5,089 nt of DNA, taken from the IMG/VR virus record IMGVR_UViG_2534682001_000016; one strand, given 5' to 3'. Shown piece after piece: positions 1 through 5,089 of this stretch. The notes below the pieces were generated by a model. That model saw nothing but the letters and a program-made list of their open reading frames with translations. It searched no databases and was not told where the DNA came from. How positions within the stretch are numbered: position 1 is the first letter of the stretch; every line of letters starts with the position of its first letter. Source of the stretch: a virus (lineage: Duplodnaviria > Heunggongvirae > Uroviricota > Caudoviricetes). Both the position numbers and the translations under genes were made by a program.

Positions 1-121
1 CAATCTTTGGGGCAATGGAACAAATTGCCGCCCACTGTGAGTCATATTCATCCTGACTTTCCAGAACCATACGAATCGCCCGCTGACGGACTTCGGGGGA
101 AAAACGAGTATTTTTAGTCAT
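1..121 (-). CDS. IS3-family transposase OrfA (helix-turn-helix N-terminal part), 5' partial in window: start codon at 119-121 on the minus strand, continues beyond position 1
   Basis: Minus-strand translation from the ATG (complement of 119-121) gives [40 protein letters not shown], 40 codons. This matches the remembered N-terminus of IS629/IS1203-type OrfA. A purine-rich AGAGG lies a few nt upstream on the minus strand. Not in the supplied ORF track because it is under the length cutoff and truncated. Confidence 0.85.
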   Translation of the reverse strand, partial: MTKNTRFSPEVRQRAIRMVLESQDEYDSQWAAICSIAPKI

Positions 122-175
122 CCTGTTTACCTCTTTCTCAGGGAGTTTAGTCTCCAGGATTTCCGGGGCGGTTCA
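1..175 (-). mobile_element. Terminal portion of an IS3-family insertion sequence (IS629/IS1203-like), truncated by the window edge; element terminus at about position 175
   Basis: Seen in sequence: the reverse complement of 121-175 reads TGAACCGCCCCGGAAATCCTGGAGACTAAACTCCCTGAGAAAGAGGTAAACAGG followed by ATG. It begins with the 5'-TG characteristic of IS3-family ends and leads straight into an OrfA-type transposase N-terminus. Established knowledge (from memory, not searched): IS629-type elements end in TGAACCGCCCCGG and encode OrfA starting [15 protein letters not shown]. The exact boundary (175) is inferred from the TG terminus. Confidence 0.8.
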
Positions 176-178
176 TTT

Positions 179-202
179 GCCCCGGTTATCCGGGGCTTTT
201 TT
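179..202 (+). terminator. Putative intrinsic (rho-independent) terminator-like hairpin: GCCCCGG / TTAT loop / CCGGGGC followed by TTTTTT
   Basis: Seen in sequence: perfect 7-bp GC-rich inverted repeat at 179-185 and 190-196 with a 4-nt loop, followed immediately by six T at 197-202 on the + strand. Function is inferred from the structure only. Confidence 0.5.
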
Positions 203-215
203 GCAGGTGGAGAAC

Positions 216-605
216 ATGATGTTTCTGAAACAGGGCACGTTTAATTATGAAAAGCAGTCCGTGGTGCTCAGTGAGCTGTCCGGGCTGCAGAGAATTGAAT
301 ATCTGGCGTTTGTTCAGCAGCGAACGGCAAAGTTTGATGCCGAAGAGGGAGAACTGCCGGAGGCTGAACGACAGATTGCTTTTCTGCGGATGGGGATGGA
401 TATCAATGCTTGGCTGGTTTCCCGCTCACTGTGGAATGCGGAACAGTCTCAGGATGTTGAGACGCTTTGCGCATCCGTTATTACAACATGGTCGTATGAT
501 GCCCTGGGAGCGGGGGCGGAGATGGTTCTGTCGCTGAGCGGTATGGGAGCCATTGAGAATGCCGGGGATTTGGAGCATGAGGTGCTGACGCCGGAAAAGT
601 CCTGA
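216..605 (+). CDS. G: Tail assembly chaperone, lambda gpG homolog
   Basis: ORF-track frame 177-605, which opens on TTG; the first ATGs are the tandem pair at 216 and 219. A Shine-Dalgarno-like AGGTGGAG sits at 205-212, so 219 has the better spacing and 216 is the longest ATG start. Product begins MMFLKQGTFNYEKQSVVLSELSGLQRIEYLAF, resembling lambda gpG (which starts MFLK). Stop TGA at 603-605. Position immediately upstream of a T-frame ORF and the tape measure gene matches the conserved G/GT/H arrangement. Confidence 0.88.
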   Translation: MMFLKQGTFNYEKQSVVLSELSGLQRIEYLAFVQQRTAKFDAEEGELPEAERQIAFLRMGMDINAWLVSRSLWNAEQSQDVETLCASVITTWSYDALGAGAEMVLSLSGMGAIENAGDLEHEVLTPEKS

Positions 606-943
606 CGCGGGAAATGCAGTTTGTCATGCGGCTTGCCCGGGAGTTCCGGCGGGCAGACTGGCGGCGGATGCTGTCGGAAATGTCGGCCACTGAGCTTGGT
701 GAGTGGGGCGATTATTTCCGGATGCAGAGCTTCAGTGATGTGTGGATGGATGCGCAGTTTGCCTCGCTGAAGGCATTGATCGTGAGAATGGTGTCCGGTA
801 GCAGTGATGCTGCGGTGGCTGATTTCAGCCTTTTACCGGAAGAGAACGGGATACCGGAGCGAACGGACGAAGAACTGATGCATCTTGGGGAAGGTATTTC
901 CGGAGGTGTGCGTTATGGACCAGATAGCCAACCTGGTCATTGA
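216..943 (+). CDS. T: Tail assembly chaperone fusion protein gpG-T, made by programmed -1 ribosomal frameshift near 593-599; the T part has no independent start requirement
   Basis: Seen in sequence: the G frame (codons start at positions divisible by 3) ends with ACG CCG GAA AAG TCC TGA at 588-605. The -1 frame is open from 581 (preceded by TGA at 578-580) through the stop TGA at 941-943, so the open overlap is 581-602. Candidate slippery heptamer G GAA AAG at 593-599. Established knowledge: lambda makes gpGT by a -1 shift at G GGA AAG near the end of G (Levin, Hendrix and Casjens), and this is conserved across long-tailed phages. The ORF-track entry 614-943 is the T-frame segment from its first internal Met. 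Confidence 0.72.
593..599 (+). promoter_or_regulatory. Candidate -1 programmed frameshift slippery site (G GAA AAG) for G-T synthesis
   Basis: Seen in sequence at 593-599, inside the only window (581-602) where both the G frame and the T frame are open. It differs from the lambda heptamer GGGAAAG by one base (GGAAAAG). The A-site AAG to AAA re-pairing is canonical; the P-site GAA to GGA re-pairing needs a G:U pair at the middle position. Confidence 0.55.
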
Positions 944-3900
944 TTTGGGGATTGATGCGGCAGAGTTTAAAAATGAAATTCCCCGTATCAAAAACCTTCT
1001 GAATGGTGCAGCCAGCGATGCAGAACGGTCTTCTGCCCGTATGCAGCGTTTTATGGAGCGTCAGACTCAGGCCGCCCGGCAGACAATGCAGGCGGCTTCT
1101 TCGGCTGCAACAGCCGCATCCGTCCATGCGCAGACGGTGGAGAAGAGCGCACAGGCTCATGAACGCATGGCCCGCGAGGTGGAGCAAACCCGCCAGCGTA
1201 TGGAGGCACTGAGCCAGAAAATGCGCGAGGAACAGGCGCAGGCCATGGCTCTGGCGGAGGCTCAGGATAAAGCGGCTGCTGCGTTTTATCGTCAGATTGA
1301 CAGTGTGAAACAGGCCGGTGCGGGGCTGCAGGAATTACAGCGTATTCAGCAACAGATCCGACAGGCCAGAAACAGTGGCGGGATTGGTCAGCAGGATTAT
1401 CTGGCGCTGATTTCTGAGGTTACGGCGAAAACCCGTGTTCTTACACAGGCTGAGGAAGAGGCTACCCGACAGAAAGTGGCGTTTATCCGTCAGCTTAAAG
1501 AGCAGGCAACCCGCCAGAATCTTTCTTCTTCTGAGTTGCTTCGTGCTAAGGCTGCCCAGCTGGGGGTAAGCAGTGCTGCAGAAGTGTATATCCGCAAAAT
1601 GGAGCAGGCAGGAAAAGCCACGCATTCGCTGGGTCTGAAAAGTGCAGCAGCCCGTCAGGAGATAGGCGTTCTGATAGGTGAACTGGCCCGCGGCAATTTA
1701 GGTGCGCTGAGGGGATCCGGAATAACGCTGGCTAACCGTGCCGGGTGGATAGACACACTGATGTCACCGAAAGGCATGATGCCAGGAGCGGTTATTGGCG
1801 GTATTGCCGCGGCTGTCTATGGTCTGGGTAAAGCCTGGTATGACGGTCAGAAGGAGGGGGAAGAATTTAACCGCCAGCTGTCGCTGACGGGGCATTATGC
1901 CGGAGTCACTGCCGGGCAGCTGTGGACGCTCAGTCGTGCTATTTCCGGGAATGGTATCACGCAACATGCTGCAGCCGGTGCGCTGGCTCAGGTGGTGGGG
2001 AGTGGTGCATTTCGTGGAAACGATATCGGTATGGTGGCGAGAGCTGCCGCACAGATGGAGCGATCGGTTGGCCAGTCGGTCAGCGATACCATAAATCAGT
2101 TTAAGCGGCTGAAGGATGATCCTGTAAATGCCGCGAAGGCTCTGGACAATGAGCTGCATTTTCTTACTGCCACTCAGCTTGAGCAGATACGCGTCCTTGG
2201 GGAGCAGGGGCGGTCCAGTGATGCTGCACGGATAGCCATGTCTGCACTGGCAGAGGAAACCGGTCGGCGTACTGCGGATATTGATAATAACCTCAATGCG
2301 CTTGGCAGTACGCTGAAGTATCTGTCTGATTTGTGGAGTCGTTTCTGGGATGCGGCCATGAATATTGGTCGTGAAGACTCGCTGGATGAACAGATTGCCG
2401 CTTTACAGGAGAAAGTGTCGCGGGCGAAAAGACTCCCCTGGACGGCATCATCTTCTCAGGTTGAATACGATCAGCAGCGTCTTAACGATCTTCAGGAGAA
2501 AAAACGCCAGAAGGATTTGCAGGATGCAAAAGAGCAGGCAGAGCGGAATTATCAGGAGCAACAGAAACGCCGTAATGCTGAAAATGCTGCACTGAACCGG
2601 ATGAATGAAACGGAAGCAGCACGACATCAGCGTGAAATAGCGCGTATTAATGCCATGCAGTACGCCGATCAGGCTGTCAGGGATGCGGCGATACAACGTG
2701 AAAATGAACGTTACGAGAAAGCCCTGGCATCCGGTAAGAAAAAAACACGCGAAACCCGTAATGATGAGGCCACCCGGTTATTGCTGCAGTACAGTCAGCA
2801 ACAGGCACAGGTGGAAGGACAGATTGCTGCTGCCAGACAGTCAGCAGGCATTGCCACGGAAAGGATGACAGAAGCGCGTAAACAGCTTCTGGCTCTGCAG
2901 CAGCGCATCAGCGACCTGGACGGGAAAAAACTGACGGCAGATGAAAAGAGTGTGCTGGCCCGTAAAGATGAACTGATTCAGGCACTGACGCTGCTGGATG
3001 TAAAACAGCAGGAGCTTCAGAAACAGACGGCACTCAACGAGCTGAAGAAAAAAACAATTCAGCTGACCAGTCAACTGGCTGAAGAAGAGCGCGCTCAGCG
3101 TCAGCAACATGACCTGGATATCGCCACGGTGGGTATGGGTGATCAGCAGCGACAGCGATATCAGGTACAACTGAGTCTTCGCCAGAAATACCAGCAACAG
3201 CTGGAGCAGTTGAGGCGGGATAGTGAGCAGAAAGGGACATATAACACGGATGACTACAGAAAGGCCGAGCAGGCGCTGACGGAGAGCCTGAACCGACAAC
3301 TGAATGAGAATCGCCGTTACTGGCAACAGCTTGAAGTTGTACAGGGTAACTGGAAAAACGGAGTCCTGCGTGCATTTCAGGATTTTACCGTGGATGCAGA
3401 TAATACGGCAGAAACAGCAGAACAGGTGTTCTCGTCAGCCTTCAGCAACATGGGAAATGGCCTGGCAACTTTTGTCACTACCGGCAAACTCAATTTCAAA
3501 TCCTTCACCTCTTCTGTGCTGTCAGATATGGCGAAAATCCTGGCGCAGGCAACCATGATGAAATCGATAAAAGGGATTGGCAGTGTACTGGGATTTGATC
3601 TCAGCAGCCTTTCCCTGAATGCCAATGGGGGGATTTATCAGTCTGCTGATTTGAGTCGTTACAGTGGCACGGTGGTTAACCGTCCGACGTTTTTTGCTTT
3701 TGCAAAAGGCGCGGGTGTGATGGGGGAAGCGGGACCTGAAGCCATTCTGCCATTGCGTCGTGGTGCTGACGGTAAGCTGGGGGTTGTGGCGGATATTGGG
3801 GGTTCAGGTATGGCGATGTTTTCCCCGCAGTACAACATCGAGATCAATAACGATGGCACGAACGGGCAGATAGGTCCGGCTGCCCTGAAGGCGGTTTATG

Positions 3901-3980
3901 ACCTCGGGAAAAAAGCGGCAGCGGACTTTATGCAACAGCAGGCCCGTGATGGTGGTCGGTTAAGTGGAGCATATCGGTAA
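915..3980 (+). CDS. H: Tail tape measure protein (tail length determinant), lambda gpH homolog, about 1021 aa
   Basis: ORF-track frame 885-3980, which opens on TTG; the first ATG is at 915, preceded by GGAGG at 902-906 with 8-nt spacing. N-terminus MDQIANLVIDLGIDAAEFKNE resembles lambda gpH (remembered as MAEPVGDLVVDLSLDAARFDEQ). The C-terminus EINNDGTNGQIGPAALKAVYD...RDGGRLSGAYR is near-identical to the remembered lambda gpH C-terminus. Long Ala/Gln/Arg/Glu-rich predicted coiled-coil body typical of tape measure proteins. Overlaps the end of the T frame by 29 nt. Stop TAA at 3978-3980. Confidence 0.95.
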   Translation: MDQIANLVIDLGIDAAEFKNEIPRIKNLLNGAASDAERSSARMQRFMERQTQAARQTMQAASSAATAASVHAQTVEKSAQAHERMAREVEQTRQRMEALSQKMREEQAQAMALAEAQDKAAAAFYRQIDSVKQAGAGLQELQRIQQQIRQARNSGGIGQQDYLALISEVTAKTRVLTQAEEEATRQKVAFIRQLKEQATRQNLSSSELLRAKAAQLGVSSAAEVYIRKMEQAGKATHSLGLKSAAARQEIGVLIGELARGNLGALRGSGITLANRAGWIDTLMSPKGMMPGAVIGGIAAAVYGLGKAWYDGQKEGEEFNRQLSLTGHYAGVTAGQLWTLSRAISGNGITQHAAAGALAQVVGSGAFRGNDIGMVARAAAQMERSVGQSVSDTINQFKRLKDDPVNAAKALDNELHFLTATQLEQIRVLGEQGRSSDAARIAMSALAEETGRRTADIDNNLNALGSTLKYLSDLWSRFWDAAMNIGREDSLDEQIAALQEKVSRAKRLPWTASSSQVEYDQQRLNDLQEKKRQKDLQDAKEQAERNYQEQQKRRNAENAALNRMNETEAARHQREIARINAMQYADQAVRDAAIQRENERYEKALASGKKKTRETRNDEATRLLLQYSQQQAQVEGQIAAARQSAGIATERMTEARKQLLALQQRISDLDGKKLTADEKSVLARKDELIQALTLLDVKQQELQKQTALNELKKKTIQLTSQLAEEERAQRQQHDLDIATVGMGDQQRQRYQVQLSLRQKYQQQLEQLRRDSEQKGTYNTDDYRKAEQALTESLNRQLNENRRYWQQLEVVQGNWKNGVLRAFQDFTVDADNTAETAEQVFSSAFSNMGNGLATFVTTGKLNFKSFTSSVLSDMAKILAQATMMKSIKGIGSVLGFDLSSLSLNANGGIYQSADLSRYSGTVVNRPTFFAFAKGAGVMGEAGPEAILPLRRGADGKLGVVADIGGSGMAMFSPQYNIEINNDGTNGQIGPAALKAVYDLGKKAAADFMQQQARDGGRLSGAYR

Positions 3981-4309
3981 TGGAGACGTTTCACTGGAAA
4001 GTGCGCCCGGATATGAATGTGGTATCAGAGCCGAAAGTGGTGACAGTGAAGCTGGGCGATGGTTATGAACAGCGTCGTGCGGCGGGACTGAATAACCAGT
4101 TGTCGACTTACAGCGTGACGATACGTGTTCGTAAATGTGAACACCCATCTTTAAAAGCCTTTCTGGAACGGCACGGTGGCGTCCGTGCATTTCAGTGGAC
4201 GCCACCTTATGACTGGAAACCGATCAGGGTGGTTTGTCGTAAATGGTCGGCAAGCGTGGGGGCGCTGTGGGTAACCATAACGGCAGATTTTGAACAGGTC
4301 GTGGCATAG
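3980..4309 (+). CDS. M: Minor tail protein, lambda gpM homolog (tail tip assembly)
   Basis: 109-aa ORF starting METFHWKVRPDMNVVSEPK and ending ADFEQVVA. It matches the remembered lambda gpM (MKTFRWKVKPGM ... WTPPY ... EFEQVV), including the conserved GDGYEQR and WTPPYDWK motifs. The ATG overlaps the H stop in a TAATG arrangement at 3978-3982. Stop TAG at 4307-4309. Confidence 0.93.
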   Translation: METFHWKVRPDMNVVSEPKVVTVKLGDGYEQRRAAGLNNQLSTYSVTIRVRKCEHPSLKAFLERHGGVRAFQWTPPYDWKPIRVVCRKWSASVGALWVTITADFEQVVA

Positions 4310-4318
4310 GAGGCTCTG

Positions 4319-5017
4319 ATGCAGGATATTCCACAGGAAACACATCATGAGACGACACGCCTCACTCAGTCAGCCCAGGCGGTGCTCTGGGAAATCGATC
4401 TGACAGAGGTCGGTGGTGAACGTTATTTTTTCTGTAATGAGCAGAACGAAAAAGGTGAGCCGGTTACCTGGCAGGGGCGGCAGTATCAGGCATACCCCAT
4501 TCAGGGGACGGGATTTGAACTGAACGGCAAGGGCAGTTCTGCCCGTCCGACACTGACGGTTTCTAACCTGCACGGCATGGTCACGGGGATGGCGGAAGAC
4601 CTGCAGAGTCTGGTCGGCGGAACGGTGGTCCGGCGTAAGGTTTACGCCCGTTTTCTGGATGCGGTGAACTTCGTCAACGGAAACAGCGACGCCGATCCGG
4701 AGCAGGAGGTGATCAGCCGCTGGCGCATTGAGCAGTGCAGCGAACTGAGCGCGGTGAGTGCCTCTTTTGTACTGTCCACGCCGACGGAAACGGACGGCGC
4801 TGTTTTTCCGGGACGTATCATGCTGGCCAACACCTGCACCTGGACCTATCGCGGCGATGAGTGCGGTTATCACGGTCCGGCGGTCGCGGATGAATATGAC
4901 CAGCCAACGTCCGATATCACGAAGGATAAATGCAGCAAATGCCTGAGCGGTTGTAAGTTCCGCAATAACGTCGGCAACTTTGGCGGCTTCCTTTCCATTA
5001 ACAAACTTTCGCAGTAA
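4319..5017 (+). CDS. L: Minor tail protein, lambda gpL homolog (tail tip; C-terminal Cys-rich iron-sulfur cluster region)
   Basis: 232-aa ORF with a strong Shine-Dalgarno AGGAGG at 4308-4313, 5 nt before the ATG at 4319. Position after M and before K matches lambda order. C-terminal segment contains five cysteines (TCTW, ECGY, KCSKC, SGCK), consistent with the cysteine-rich region that binds an Fe-S cluster in lambda gpL-type proteins. Stop TAA at 5015-5017. Confidence 0.93.
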   Translation: MQDIPQETHHETTRLTQSAQAVLWEIDLTEVGGERYFFCNEQNEKGEPVTWQGRQYQAYPIQGTGFELNGKGSSARPTLTVSNLHGMVTGMAEDLQSLVGGTVVRRKVYARFLDAVNFVNGNSDADPEQEVISRWRIEQCSELSAVSASFVLSTPTETDGAVFPGRIMLANTCTWTYRGDECGYHGPAVADEYDQPTSDITKDKCSKCLSGCKFRNNVGNFGGFLSINKLSQ

Positions 5018-5022
5018 ATCCC

Positions 5023-5089
5023 ATGACACAGACAGAATCAGCGATTCTGGCGCACGCCCGGCGATGTGCGCCAGCGGAGTCGTGCGGCT
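5023..5089 (+). CDS. K: Minor tail protein, lambda gpK homolog (tail tip assembly; MPN/JAB plus NlpC/P60-type protein), 3' partial: first 22 codons only
   Basis: ATG at 5023 gives MTQTESAILAHARRCAPAESCG, which matches the remembered N-terminus of lambda gpK essentially residue for residue. The ORF runs off the right edge. Not in the ORF track because it is truncated. Confidence 0.85.
   Translation, partial: MTQTESAILAHARRCAPAESCG

Noticed and set aside
120-175. Possible outward-reading promoter in the IS terminus driving G (TTTACC at 126-131, 16-nt spacer, TAGTCT at 148-153)
   Set aside because: Weak matches to both the -35 and -10 consensus, and the terminator-like hairpin lies between it and G. 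Not supportable from sequence alone.
177-215. Upstream extension of the G frame to 177 (ORF track start MPRLSGAFLQVEN...)
   Set aside because: The frame opens on TTG at 177, which lies inside the terminator-like hairpin right at the IS junction. The ATG pair at 216/219 with an upstream SD and the lambda-like MFLK N-terminus is the far more plausible start.
247-690. Alternate-frame ORF 247-537 (+) and antisense ORF 481-690 (-) overlapping G and the G-T junction
   Set aside because: Embedded in the G and T frames with no homology or start signals. The real second frame in this region is the T frame reached by frameshifting, not these.
885-914. Upstream extension of the H frame to 885 (MGKVFPEVCV...)
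   Set aside because: The frame opens on TTG. The ATG at 915 has a well-spaced GGAGG and gives an N-terminus matching lambda gpH.
825-2696. Other alternate-frame and antisense ORFs within T and H (825-1187 minus, 1003-1212 plus, 1335-1625 minus, 1764-2159 minus, 1897-2104 plus, 2174-2359 minus, 2365-2595 plus, 2448-2696 minus)
   Set aside because: All are short, embedded in the T or H coding frames, and have Arg/Cys/Trp-rich compositions characteristic of out-of-frame translation. None has a plausible ribosome-binding site or recognisable motif.
2841-3375. Two overlapping minus-strand ORFs (161 aa and 113 aa) antisense to the tape measure gene
   Set aside because: Leu/Gln/Cys-rich translations, as expected from reading the antisense of a Gln/Ala/Glu-rich coiled-coil gene. 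They overlap each other in different frames and sit inside a gene with strong homology support.
4370-5029. 219-aa ORF on the minus strand, antisense to L
   Set aside because: It is entirely inside the well-supported L gene on the opposite strand. The product is Arg-rich and low-complexity (many R, G, A, V), typical of antisense read-through of GC-rich coding sequence. No convincing start context and no recognisable protein family.
1-5089. Searched by eye for CRISPR repeats, tRNA or other RNA genes, tandem repeats, and embedded cargo (moron) genes between tail genes
   Set aside because: None found. Coding density on the + strand is nearly complete from 216 to the end, with overlapping or tightly spaced genes. 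No repeat-spacer periodicity or cloverleaf-like segments were noticed.

Overview
This window is a conventional lambda-like (lambdoid siphovirus) tail-assembly module on the + strand, in lambda gene order: tail assembly chaperone G (216-605), the G-T programmed -1 frameshift product (T frame open 581-943), a long tape measure protein H (915-3980), tail tip proteins M (3980-4309) and L (4319-5017), and the first 22 codons of K (5023-5089, runs off the right edge). The left 175 bp is the terminal portion of an IS3-family insertion sequence (IS629/IS1203-like as recalled from memory), oriented opposite to the tail genes, with its OrfA transposase start at 121 reading leftward out of the window. 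The IS terminus sits about 40 bp upstream of G, separated from it by a GC-rich hairpin plus T-run. I see no evidence for an undescribed system here: no CRISPR array, no tRNA or rRNA, no embedded cargo gene. The points worth a second look are the IS junction, the non-lambda slippery heptamer at the G-T shift site, and the roughly 170-residue lengthening of the tape measure protein relative to lambda H. All homology statements are from reading the six-frame translations against remembered lambda and IS sequences; no searches were run.
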